A DNA stretch of 64,000 nt from Tubulanus polymorphus (taxonomy: Eukaryota; Animalia; Nemertea). The notes beneath the pieces are model-generated. The model was not told where the DNA came from. It made no database searches and saw nothing but the letters and a program-made list of their open reading frames with translations. The stretch is from NCBI RefSeq assembly GCF_964204645.1, contig NC_134025.1:13020001-13084000 (forward strand), written 5' to 3'. Both the position numbers and the translations under genes were made by a program. Every line of letters starts with the position of its first letter. Position 1 is the stretch's first letter. Below are positions 1-13,064 of this stretch, piece by piece.

Positions 1-3000
1 TGGTACCAACTAGGAGAAACGTTTATTGGGACATTATCCGTACCAATTTGACTTCAAGAGCTCTTCAGAGCATAAACATCCAGCTCATCCATTATTGCTG
101 CAGTTCGGCGACAACATCGCCGAGGAACGGGCGTAACTTGATTAGACCGTCATCGTTCGCGCTTCGTCTCGGGGAAAATCTCTTGTTGTTGCAGACCAGA
201 GTGCTCGCGTGAACTGCAGAGTAATTATGCAAAATGAAAGCATCCCGAAGAATAAACCAGCCCCGAAGAATGATTTGTCTTTCAATATCTCGTACTGAAC
301 AGTCCCGACGAAGTGACCCAACAGAAAATTAGTGCCAAAGTGATGTCGGCTTGATAAAATTGAATGATGGATAGGCAGTATTTTGCCCAAGTAGTCAACA
401 AGGCATTAGAGCTTGTAACCAAGTTACTTGATCGAGTGCGGCTAATGAAATTAGAGGAGCCATTAGGTTAGGACAAATTTATTGAGAATGCCTGCTCAAG
501 ATAACGGCATCACTTCATAGTTGTCCTGTATTATAGCCATTTTCTGGCAGTAATCTTCCGCGAATACGACCTGGCATGACAAGCAGAAAAAAAACTTGAT
601 GAAGACATCTGCGATGTCATTAGCATCAAATGATAAAAAAAATAGTGAGACGATTATGTATCATATCGCATAGCGGTTAATGGCTAAATGGAAAAATTTT
701 ATTTGTTGGCAATGAATGGACCTCGAAAGTGATATTCGTCATTATTTGCAACAATTTCAAATTCACTTCTGCCGATTCTTGATCTAACAATGCTGAAAAA
801 GACCGCGTTAACGGCATGAATTACCATTTAATGCAGACGCAGGCTCGACGGTCATTAAATGGCTGTTTTGCGCTTTCACTGTTCAATATTTTACATTTTC
901 AAAGTTGGAGATTACAAGGAAAAAGCACTAGATCCGTAATTGATTTCTGGTGTCATAGGAAAAACCAAAGAACTCTGGCATTCTATGCCGGCTCCAATTC
1001 AAATGGTAGATTGCAAAATCGATGCAATGACTGCGCGCATGACTGCTTGAATTTCTTTCTTTTGACGCGATCGCTTTTGCCCACAGTCAAATGTATTTTG
1101 AAGTGAGATTGAATTAAAATTGCAAATAAACCAACAAACCGCACTACGGAGATATCGTTTCGATATCCGCATGCATGTAGGAGCCATGGTGCCGGCGGCA
1201 AAACAACGGAAAACCAACACCCACAGCGGCTAAACAAATCACATTGATGACTATCAAACATGATTGACGAAACAACACGACCACCACGATTACACCAAGG
1301 ATCATGATGGAACATGCTGTAACGCTCACATATTCCTGAGCATGAACTAAATTACAAATGCGGAGAAACCTAATTTCAACTTTCTGAACGAACCGTTCAA
1401 TGATCAAGAAGCTCTACTTAGTAAGTATAATGAGCTATAGAAGTTTTTTTACCTCCGATTATCTTATTATCTATTCAATGAAAGAATATTCGCGTCTGAC
1501 ACTAGAATTGACTTATAATAATCGTTGTAGTCGGAAAATACACAGTCAGTCGGTAAACATGCGATGCGGCGTACCGATGCTGGAAAGTCAAATAGCCCTA
1601 AAATGAATGAAATGCACAGGTAAAAATGTAAATAGGCAGAACACTCTGTAAGTTTTTGAAATATTTACTCACATAGATCGTAAGAGAACGAACAAACACC
1701 GTGTAGCTGTCATTCGTCAGTGACTGTTTACCTGTTCTCAGTGACATGATGCTGCAAGAGGCCAATATTACCAGGGACACAATGTTACAGAGCCCAAGTG
1801 CTGGCTGTAGCCAAAATATATTAAACCTTCACGAGTTTCCATGTTGATATATTGAGTGCATTCATTTATTGTGCATTTGAAAGAACCACTTGGATCGGAA
1901 TGAAGCTTTTGATAAAATTCCTAAAAGGTCATTTTTTCATAAATTCTTCTTTCGTACTTCTATTTCAATATGATGAAAGACAAATAGCAGGATTTGGTTA
2001 CTATCTGGATATCTATCAGTGGCGATCAATATTTTGAAGGAAGCCCCTCGAACCGATAGGACGCACACTATTCAAGACCAGTCATTAATTCCTTGTCTCA
2101 CTATAATGATATTTCTAAGCACTCTTTTATCGAAGTTGTACTGCTACCTAACTCGTTTACATGGTGATCGTCACTGCCGACAATGCCTGGTCGACAGGAA
2201 CGACGAGAACTGCAGTGAAAACAGCGTCGCCGCGTAATAGTATTACAATTAGCGAAATTACAGCAACACAAATGACTCACGACCTTCCAATTGTGGCAAA
2301 GAAGGAGCAATGCGTGCGGGACGAGAAATTATTTAATTCTTTCGTCGGCTGTGTTCACAAATTTACAAAGGAATTAGTACGGCACTGCTGACCCAGCTGA
2401 TCAAGTCAATTCCATCAATGGGTTTAGTGCACGAATTGCTGTGCTCCAGCAGCAGTTAATGCCGACACACTTGGCTGGGTCGAAGTTTAAGAAAATCTCC
2501 TGCAATCAGACAAAGCCTGAGGTCTTACAAGCACACAATTTCTTAAATTGATTCTGCAAAAAACGCTCTTTGTTTATAGCAATGAGTTGGCAAACTCCTG
2601 AGAAAATATCCCTTGAGCAGGAAATTAAATGAGAAAACGAAAAGTACAGAAAACTCTTGCGCAATACAGTGATGATGTTAACGGACAATATCACTGATTA
2701 TATCAGTACCCCACAGTAGAGTAGGCATAAACCCTGTGGGCTTTCTGACAATCAGTGGTCAAGATCAAATCACCTCTAGTGTCCATTGAGGAATATTGCA
2801 TTTCCTAGATAAGCAAAATGATGAGGTATAGACACCTCATAATTTGATTTGATTAGTTCATTCACTAGTGGAAGACGAGATGGGACTTAGATCAGTCTGA
2901 TGAGCTATTGTATGAGCATAATTGCTACACAATCTACTGCAGATAAGTATTATGATAAATCTAATGAAAAGTGTAAACTGAAACAGGATAAACATGGGGA

Positions 3001-4162
3001 CACAAAGCAGCAACATGATCCACTCAGAATGCATTTCTGATTCGAATGATTGCCAGAACAATTGAAAAGTCTGCCTGATCGATTAGCAATCTACTGAATT
3101 AACATGTTTGTAACTATATTTGCAGCACATTTTCTTAAGGATAAGAGATATATTAACGTAATTGAAAAACGATCCTATAAGTGGCGATCACAATAAGTCA
3201 TCATAGTCGCTGAAATCAAGGGCAGACTTTTTTGCTAATCAAAACATAATATAATGTAAGTAAAATAATTTGTCAACATCTAAATGTAACTGGATCTGGT
3301 TCACGTCGACAGTTTTCTGTTATATGGTAGGCGCCGATGAAAACTGACCGCGAAAAAACAAGCTATTATATCATTAGCTACTTCAATCGGGCGCATTATC
3401 ATAGAAAGGGAATGGTTGCCATGAACCAAAAAGAGGAGGGGGCAGAAAGATACAATCTAAGTTACTAAGGGAAATTCTATGGAATTCGGGCTGTAGTTAC
3501 ATTTCGCTTAGGGGATAATCTTAATTTCTTTGCGCAGTTGATCTTATCTGATCATCTTATCAATGAAGCTTTTTCATTTTTACAAAAGACATTAGTGTAA
3601 ATTTAATCATCATTTAGTCTGAGATTTGCCCAAACTTCAAAGGTGTCATGCAAAACACAATGCGTAACTTTATCCGACAAAAGGCGAAAACTCGGCTAAC
3701 GAAGAGATTTTATCTGGTCAGGTTCGTCCCGCACTATAATTGTCTATAATTCGTAGTAGAGATGAAGCTTCTGGGATTGCACGACTGATGTAGCATAGGA
3801 GATAACTGGAGACTGTGTGCCATCTGGCAACTTCTGTCTCGATATTCACACTTTGAGGCGGCCCGCAACAAAAACCACAAAACGATGCCGACAACCAAAA
3901 TGACTGATCTTACGATAGATTTAATTTTGAATTCAGCATTGTGAACTGTATTAGTGGATAAAGATGTCGCAATGAAGCATATCATTCTTGATACGGTATG
4001 ATATGGCAATGGGTAACAAATTCTTATATATCTTAGCTATCTATCATAGGCGAACAAAAAACTGCAGATTATCCATTCGTTAAATGTATTCTGATATATG
4101 ATCTTAGTCATCGATTAAAAGATTCAAATCCACATCGACAGAGATTTATAACTTTTTAAAAT

Positions 4163-4210
4163 CTAAGTCTAATTACTGGCATCTGTTGATTGACCTGGTA
4201 CGTCATTTAG
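4163..4210 (+). repeat. 48-bp dispersed direct repeat, copy 1 (copy 2 at 5343-5390)
   Basis: 38/48 identity by manual alignment; shared core agtctaattactg..atctgttgattg.cc.ggta. Confidence 0.75.
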
Positions 4211-4369
4211 ATTCTCACACCAACTAAGCTAGCTAAAAACCTAGGTCGTTCGCTCCCGGCAGGTGTGGTGGGTCTGTAGGGACTTTCAATCAAAAAATCA
4301 AACAAACTTTACCAACCAAATAAATAACAGGGACAATCCCTATTTTAAGACCAAAAACCCTAGGTCATT

Positions 4370-4605
4370 TCTGCAGTGTGGGCTTCAACAAGCCAAAATA
4401 ATAATCCCATCATCATTTATTGTAACCTTTTACCTCTTGTACATACTATGTGAAATCTGTATATGTAAGTGCTACTAGAAGTCTTGTTATTACAGTTATA
4501 TACTATATTTTTATTTACTTTCTCATTTTGTTATTCTTATCACCTACGTATAGTAATGTAATTTTGATTGAAAGACAATAAACATTAATGGAATTGAATT
4601 AGAAA
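4370..4605 (+). mobile_element. Possible 3' end of an L2/CR1-clade LINE
   Basis: An ...ttcaacaagcc motif, an AT-rich 3'UTR-like tract, AATAAA and a short gaatt-repeat tail. Pattern resemblance only; no RT coding sequence seen. Confidence 0.2.
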
Positions 4606-5342
4606 TTTACCAAAGGACTCACTTCGTTTTCATATAATTTTAAGATATATTCAAAAAAATATAACCGCAATATCTCTGAGCGCTGTTGGCACAGTTCATA
4701 ACTAAAATGAATGCATCTCCCCACGTATAACAATCATAAATGCGATTTTAAACACTTCACGTAAAAGGCAATAATTCCATGAGAGTTTCTCATAAAAAAA
4801 AGCAATCAGATCTGAAAAATGACAGCTGATCAGCGTTTCATTGTTTAATATCAGATAAAAGCTGAAGTATATACTGATAAAACAGGAGGCGGTAAACACA
4901 GCGCTATTTGTACAAATACTTGAATACAAAGTTTACGGAAATTATCATGAAAGCTGAATTGATTGTTAGTCGTCAGCAGCATTTCAGCTATGCTATATAA
5001 TCATCAATATAAACTGGAAAAATACTGAGAATCTAATGCCATTTCAAGTACTGCAATCTTGACGATATTAGTATGGAAAATTCATCATCCATTGAACAAA
5101 TAAAGCCAATTTATTGAACAAAAATTGCCTTAAGCATTTTTAATTAAGCATAATTATCAAAGCTAGCACAGTACATGGAGAATATACGGAAGATCATAAC
5201 CATCCATTGAACTAGTTGTATATTGGCTATAGTTGAAGCAGGGAGGTGGGGTTGAAGCTAAAGGGAAATAAATGAGTTTTCAAAATGTTACTGACACAAG
5301 CTACTACGTACAACAGGGTGGAAGAATGGTAACAATTTCTGC

Positions 5343-5390
5343 CTGAGTCTAATTACTGTTATCTGTTGATTGCCCAGGTATATTACTTGG
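5343..5390 (+). repeat. 48-bp dispersed direct repeat, copy 2
   Basis: Manual alignment to 4163-4210. Confidence 0.75.
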
Positions 5391-5564
5391 CAGTGATACT
5401 GTCAGCTGATAGGAAATTTGTGAAGTTGTCTCAAATAGTGTATCCTCGCTCTCTGGTTCTCAGCTGTTTATCTTTATCTTAATTCATTTGAGCATTGGGG
5501 GCTGTGCTGTAAAGGCAGATGTAACTGATTCACAGTATAGTAGTACAGGCACCGGTGGTGCACT

Positions 5565-5606
5565 GTATTACCGGCAGAGCTGTGGGTATTACCAGCAGAG
5601 CTGTGG
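5565..5606. repeat. 21-bp tandem repeat x2 (gtattaccRgcagagctgtgg)
   Basis: Read directly; one mismatch between units. Confidence 0.9.
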
Positions 5607-8600
5607 CGATCTGCATCAGCTGTCAGCAACAATCGGGCAACCCACCAATCTAATGCACAGTCAGTACCTGCTTATTGTCCGCGCTTAGTTCACTTGTTAA
5701 TCCAACAACAATGGATTGAAGTCCGGAACGTGCTGCCATCTACCAGGTGAAGATAATTCTGAAAAACTGCATACAGACTTTTGCAGACGAAGTCGTCAGT
5801 GTCTCGATTTGCGATAAGCAAAGTCAACGAAACGATTTTCAATAAATTCAATCATTTTATCAGCACTAACATGGAGACTGACTCTGAATTCGAAAGCATT
5901 TTGAATTAAGGGAAGATTCATTCCGAAAGCAGGCATTTCACATGGATCCGTGTGTAGCCACGCTCAATTTGTGATCCTTTTTAATAAGTTCTGAACTGAT
6001 GGAACCCACAAAGATAATTGAGAGCTTATTGTTCGCTGCAATCAACATCCTGCATGGCGTCGTCGCATTGCAAGAAGCCTGGTGACCGTTTTCGTTATCT
6101 ATCCATTATGAAGAAATAATGCGGCAAATCCCTCGACATCACCAGTGTGGAGCGATGGTGAAACGCTGCGTGGAAAATTATTAGAAAAATCTAATTTGGC
6201 CATAAGCCCAATGATCCTATTTTAGCTTGGTAATATCCATTGTGGAAGCCAAATAAAATTACCAGACCCCCACATTCGTAACCCCCTGCAGTAATAGTTT
6301 AATGTGATTCACAAAAAAACCCACTCCTCAGGGATTTGAGGATGGCATGTTTACAGTTCTCAAGGCTATTACTCTGCGCGGGATTTGATTATAAACCGAA
6401 TGATTTTGTAAGGCCATATTTTCAGAATTATTACATATCCCAAGTCATAATTCGATTTCGTTCATTTATTTAAGAACTAATGCTGGCTCGAGGTGCGCTA
6501 GACTGTATGATTTGCCTTAGAAAAAAATAGAGCAGAATTTTTTTGCGGAAGCGTACAGAATCACACGCGGCAAACTTCAAACGCGTGGTCAGACAAATAT
6601 TTTGACATGCGCAAAGTTTTGCTATGACATTGATCCCTTCAAATCTGACACCTTTTACGGACGACACAATCATAACTTATGAATAATGCATTGAACATCG
6701 CGTGTAAATTTTAATCGACTTTTTTTCAATCGGAAATACCCACTGACAAAACCGGTCTGGTCGTCTGGTTTTTATGCGCTGTCTCCGCGATGAATGCTCG
6801 CCTATTTTTTGTGCATAGAACTTAAGCTGATAAGTGGCGGCATGCTATCAAATTTGCGGGAGCTATTGTCACCAGGTCTCAAAAGCCACCAGCAGCCCCT
6901 TTGTCGCTGGCAAGCAATGAGCTCCATTGAGCACTAAGAAATTTGTCTGCGCTAAGCGGATTGCCTGGCTTGTAATTGTGTATAAGTTAAATTGGAAGTC
7001 AAACAGCTCTTTTGCAGTCTTTTACATTCTAAACCGGCTTTGCTAAATAGTTACACTGCCGATATAAACAGGATCAAGTATACGGCTGTAACGGAGCCCA
7101 CTTGTGAAGCAAATGGCTCCAAAGGATCAACACAGCAGGGCATGGTAGTTTTTTCACTATTCTTTATTTTGTTGCCAATACTAACTACTACTACTGGCAA
7201 TACTTTTCAACTTATCTCAAAGTATCTACTTATATAGACTATGTGGACTATCTAGATTTCATTCAGATGTCGGTTGTAAATAGAAAATTGTTCAACTAAA
7301 AGTATGGTCACGCCAACTATAAAAACAAATACCAGGTATAACTTATCTTTTATCAAAAGCATACAACAATTAAAGTGACAACTGCCACATACCTTTTCAA
7401 TATCGAGCGAAATCATAAACAGTTTACTTTCTTAAAAAACAATTTCAAATAGTCTTGACATTTCGCGCAATTCTTATCTGGTGAAGAGCAGTAAATTTTA
7501 GGTAAAGATAAAAAATTGTGTCATCAGTTGAAATCATTTCACCTTGAGACTCTTCACATATTTCAAAAGAAATATTCGCTGCATACCCAGACTAGTTTTT
7601 TACCGGATTTGAGTCCCTCGAATACGTAAATGTACATATGGCTTCTGATGTGAAAGTCGTTTTAATCCAAGCAACCATTGTTTTACAAGTGCATGAGACA
7701 GTCAAGAGAAGGGCACTTAACTCACTGTACTGTGGCCTGTTTTCCATTCTAGACCTATATGTCCCCGTTCATTTGGGCAAAAGAGGAACTTTGAGTGCTC
7801 GCAAAGAGAGGATGAAGTGTCTCTTATAGTCATGGTTTTTATACAGTTATCATTCCAAGAAGCTCACGTCTGTTTTGATCCAAATGCTTTTGACACTGTT
7901 GACTAACTAATAAATATAAATCATATGGTCTATTCTACCTAGAAGCCAAGCATCCTTACTTTAAGACCTCCGCCCGTTCGCTAAACTATTGGGTATCTAA
8001 ACCATGTTTTCACTGACAAGGACTGAAGGCTTTCTACTGTACGAAAGAGAATGCAACTCTGTAACTGACATTTATGATAGATACAAATCTATTTCAAATA
8101 AAACAAATATAATTCATGCCTGGGTTGATCTAATGAATAAGAGGGATTGTATGTCGGTGATGTTTGTCCATAGTCTGACTGAAACAACATGGAAAATGAC
8201 AACCTAGTCAGGGATATTAAAACTGTGCTTATAGTCGCTAACCTCCATGGCCTGAGTGCCATCCTTCTCATTCTGTACGATGATGGATTGCTGTTAATCT
8301 CCCGAGGGAGGCAAACCTCCAACTCGGCTGAACTTTGCCACCATCCGCGGAGGGAGACAGAAATCTAATTATTTGTTGTGATTTACTGACTGGAGGTAAC
8401 AGAAGATTTCTAAAAGCGAGGTGTATGCACATGCACAATGTATGTGGGAAGGTGGGAACACAGGCCTGATGGGTACCATCTTGGCCGGCTGACTGGTGTC
8501 CCCTGGCTAAGCTGGGCTACATTAAGCCCAACTTCATTATTGAAGATATAATAAATTACCATCACCAAATGACAGCCGGTTTCTCACTGTTGCCATAGTA

Positions 8601-9897
8601 ACTCAAATAAAAAATATTTGGATTACGTAGTGAACCCACAATAAACTTTCAAACTGAAGGTCAAATCTTGATTTCATGGATTTTTGTTGAGTCAGCGAAT
8701 GAATTAAAACAAACCAGAATATTGATCAGACAATAGATATAGTCCAGTTTTAAGCGTTATTATGAAACTAGATTGGTAGATTATTTGTTAAACAAATAAA
8801 AAGCATATAATGGTTTATATCAAACATTTCGGCGCGAAAACATGCCTCTCTCCAATGATGATGATCTGGCCTCGGAAATAAAAAAGACAGAGCCCGGCAT
8901 GAAAACCAAGGATCCCCCTAATTTTCCGTTTTCAGACTCATGCGAAAAATCGGGGAAAGGGTAATCAATCATTTCGAAGATGACATACTGTGTCACGCAG
9001 CTTTTGTCGGGAGTGGATGCTTCGCTGGCCGGTCGACTTCATTAGCTGAAAACGCGCGCGTAGGCCCGACATGACAAAGCTATCACCGTTATTAAAGCTA
9101 GAAGATCGCATCCCCAACAAAAATATGAAAACATTAACGATAATGACACCGTTTTATCGGATGGTAGCAATTACTCGGCATCGTGAAAATACAGTCTAAG
9201 CCCGAATTATGCAAATTTATTACTTTAGTACGATTGTGAAAATCTGGCAAAATGGGATCGCAGGCCGTTTGCAATATACGAAACAAACGCAACTTTAAGT
9301 TGTGGGCATTTTCCATTTTTATATGACTGGATAATGGCTTTTTCATTCATTTCATTACTCATCCCCGGAGCTAACGACTTTAGCAATATAGCAATGAAAT
9401 CAATGCATTGGTTCAGAGTCAGTCAGCCATCTCGAAGCATGCTCATGCAACTGCATATTTCGATAAGATTTCATTCCACACTGCTGTTTCATGCTCGTAT
9501 CTCAACATGTTTCAGGTCATCGTTACTGATTTCATTGAAAACTTTCAATGATACGCACTTTCAAGCATCAGCTATGATATCGTTACTAGATACCTTCTGA
9601 CCATCGGATTCATGACATAGTACCCAACAACGATTTCTTTCAGACTATTTTTTATTTATAAATACTCCTCCCAGATTTCTTTTTAAGACATGAAAGACAC
9701 GACATGGAACATGAAGGTAGTAATTACAATCGTAATCATAATTATAGTAGCTTTAGAAAGTACTCCTTTCATTTCTAGCTCTATACCGTTTTTTCGTAGG
9801 TAATAAATTTGTGTAATTATTGATGGGTGAAGCTGTGATATAACAAATGATTGTTTAATCAGAGCTGCCTGTTTTCACTGAATTATTACCTTGACGC

Positions 9898-10542
9898 TTT
9901 ATGGCCTGACTATAACTGTCAAGAGGCCCCACCTCTACTGACAGCAAAATCATGAAATCATGAATGGGGGAGGGCTAACTGTCAACCGCTGGCAGTATTG
10001 TGTCAAAATCGTGTTTACAACTGTCTAATGATTATGGACTGCTTTGCATTTTACAGGCAATTAATGGAGCAAAGTTAGAAATGGATATTATTTTCCAGGG
10101 CACCACAACCACTGGTAATATTGTGAGTTTGAGGTCATTTCAGGTGAAGAATTGTCATTCAAGTAACACATCAAAGCAAATAATATCAAAGTTGAATAGA
10201 CTAAGTGACGACCTAGGGGGTTTATCACTAGATGCTTGTCAATGTATGTTGTTAAAACTGTCTGAGACTTCCTGGGTCAAGATGTTTATCATGATTGCAA
10301 TATTTACTTTTTGAATAGTGATATGAAATGCCACTGCCACTAACTAGCACAGTTATTACATATAAACATTAAAAGTTTCTTTTTGATAAATTCTAAATTC
10401 TAAAAGTTTCCACTTTATGAAATTGTAAACATCCAATAAAAAGAATGATTTTGACCACAAGTTACTGGCTTTCTGGCTTGTTGCTAGATCAGTCAAGTTT
10501 TTGTATAGTTTGGGATAAAAAATCCTGTCATATTTTGACAGG
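9898..10542. promoter_or_regulatory. Candidate intronic enhancer: cluster of TALE (TGACAG) sites
   Basis: TGACAG/CTGTCA at 9916, 9939, 9979, 10525 and 10536; TTTATGG at 9898. Confidence 0.4.
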
Positions 10543-12097
10543 AAACGGCTTTCACGCTGAGATCATTTTGAGAATACTTAGCTTGCATATTCCCCTAGCA
10601 GAAATCTATTGAGCACCTGGCAGGGGTTGGATATTAAACTGCTATCGGCATCTGAGGGAGGATCATGATTGCAATAACAGTAAATAAAAGTAGCTAATTT
10701 GAGTAATTTTAGTCTAAATATCTCTGAAAGTACGGTTAATCTTGCATCACTGAATGGGGTACGAGTGTTGTTTTTGTTACCCAGAGCAGTGTTGGAGAAA
10801 TAGCTAGGAACTCATCAGCAAACATCCATCCACTGGAACGTTGATGATTTCATGAGAAGTGTTGCAAAATCCAAAAGGGATTCGCCGATGTTCGAATGGG
10901 AGAAGGGAAGCATGGAAAGCTCATTTCGAGCAATGGAAAGTCACCAGAGCAGAAGATAGTAGTGTGTTAATTACTGAGAACTCGTCAAGCATAGCTAGAC
11001 ACCTTCTCCGAGGAATGGTTTTCACTGAGCACGAGTTGATTGAACACACGGGTTATTTCGCCTCCACCGGTACTCACGACTGACGCATGAAAAAAGTAAT
11101 TACAAAAAAGAACTGAAGTGAATCCAATAGAAAGTAAGCAACACGAGAATCTTTTGTGTCCCGTGTCTGTGTTGTAAAAAAAATAATTCTTTAGCCAGCA
11201 GGCCCTTACTCAATGCTGATATTCTCATTCTCTCTCCTCAGTACCCAAAGATGATTCACATGGTTCGTGTACTATCGAATGAGAAGTCAAAGAAAACAAT
11301 TGGCCAAAGGATGTACTGGTAAAATGTTCGGAAGGCGAGATTTCTTTCTTCACTCAACTTCAAATTGATTGATCACCTTCCTACTTCCTCTGGTGTAATC
11401 TCACAAACCAGCTGGAAATAATACGCTGCAAGCTCCACTGAAAACAATGCGTGCACTTTCTTTTTATCAAGGTGGTAGCTGCTTGTTCATACTTTCTTGG
11501 GCAAAAACTAGAACCAGATAACCAAAAAATTAAACGCTCCCAATTCATGTTATGCCAGGTCATGTTCACCATCATCAAACACCAGCCATAAGTGAACATT
11601 TATATAAACAAAACCACAAACTTCATTACATTCCAGGAAATCTGAGAATTAGATCTAGAATTTTGATAGAGGGACAGTGACAGTTCCCTGACCGGACAAG
11701 ACAGTTCAACCTTACCACAAACATGATACCACAAGCAAGCAGGCAAAGTATTGTAATAGAATCATTGGCGTACCTCCACTGAAGACATATTTTCTTTAGT
11801 TCCGCCATGGACACTATAATGACCATTTAAGAGTCCATGGTTCCACAGACCTATTGTAGTCGAAGTAAAATGAACCACGAAAAGTCGTCTGACTTCATAA
11901 AATGCTCCATTAACGCAGAATTGCGAAAAAGATTATTATTAATAAATTTTACGAAAACAAAAACCGATTAGATTCTACAAAACGAGCTACGAAATTGAGA
12001 GTTTTGTGACAACAATCAACGTCGCTTCCTTTTTTCTAACGAGACAATTTAAAACAATCATTTATTATGCATTTAGTTTTCGAACCATTTTTCATTT

Positions 12098-12650
12098 TGA
12101 CAGATTACGAAGTCAACATTAACGGAGTATGGAGTATATTTCCTGGCCAATGAATTATACATCTTTTGCAAATTAGAATTCATAAAGTTAGCGACATAAA
12201 TATTGGCAATAAATCCGGCAGAGTGTGCATGAAGCCATCATTAAAAATCTAGTCACAAATTACTTCTCACAAATTGGCCAATTTTCGCCAATGTTTCAAG
12301 CCATCAGAATCGGATCGCTGTCAAAGTCGTTTTCAGCATCATCATGAAAAACAACACAATGATATAAATTTTACAGAAATCGGATGCAATGCCGAAATCT
12401 AACATTGTCAGTAAGACAGACAGGTGACAAGGCTATTTTTGACAGATTCTAATGAGAGGTGCCGTTACAAAGAAAAAGACATGATGTTCACCATTTCTGC
12501 AATTGGCTTTCAGTGTTTGCCAGCCGTAAAAAGTATTGCATGAATTTTATGCATTTCGTTACAGACCCTTTGAGATTTGTTCATGTGGTTACCTTCGTTT
12601 TGCATGTCAGTAGCTAGTATCGAGGCGATGTAATTTGTCAAATGTGACAG
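12098..12650. promoter_or_regulatory. Candidate intronic enhancer: cluster of TALE sites
   Basis: TGACAG at 12098, 12318 (rc), 12440 and 12645; extra TGACA cores at 12406, 12425, 12605 and 12636. Confidence 0.4.
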
Positions 12651-13033
12651 TCAAATCATTTATGCAATAAACTGGAACAACCTAAACCTGTGCGCTGGTG
12701 CCGTAGTGATAGAAACGTGGTCCACAGAATAAAAATTCTCCATAGCCAATATGATGGTAAAATATTTTTATGCAGACGTCCAGATAGAAAGGGCAAATTG
12801 GATGTTCTGGTCCATTTAGCCAAGATTCTGGTGCTCAGCAGCCACACAGAACGAATGCCATAAAAGTTCAAAATAAACCTCGTGCCAACATGCAAAGCTA
12901 AGGTTTCGCGCAAATTGCAACGGGCATTAAGAAAACAAAACACCGCTGCAATTACTTCTGCTTCATTTAGCAGTGTTTGAGAATAATTCGCTTGTGCAGC
13001 GGATTAGAATTTACTAGGAAGAATTTTATCGAA

Positions 13034-13064
13034 CAACCGACCGACCGACCAACCAACCAACCAA
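13034..13064. repeat. (ACCG)n/(ACCA)n compound microsatellite
   Basis: caaccgaccgaccgaccaaccaaccaaccaa. Confidence 0.85.

Noticed and set aside
816-1407. Cluster of overlapping 70-110 aa ORFs
   Set aside because: Composition looks non-coding and no motif is recognisable.
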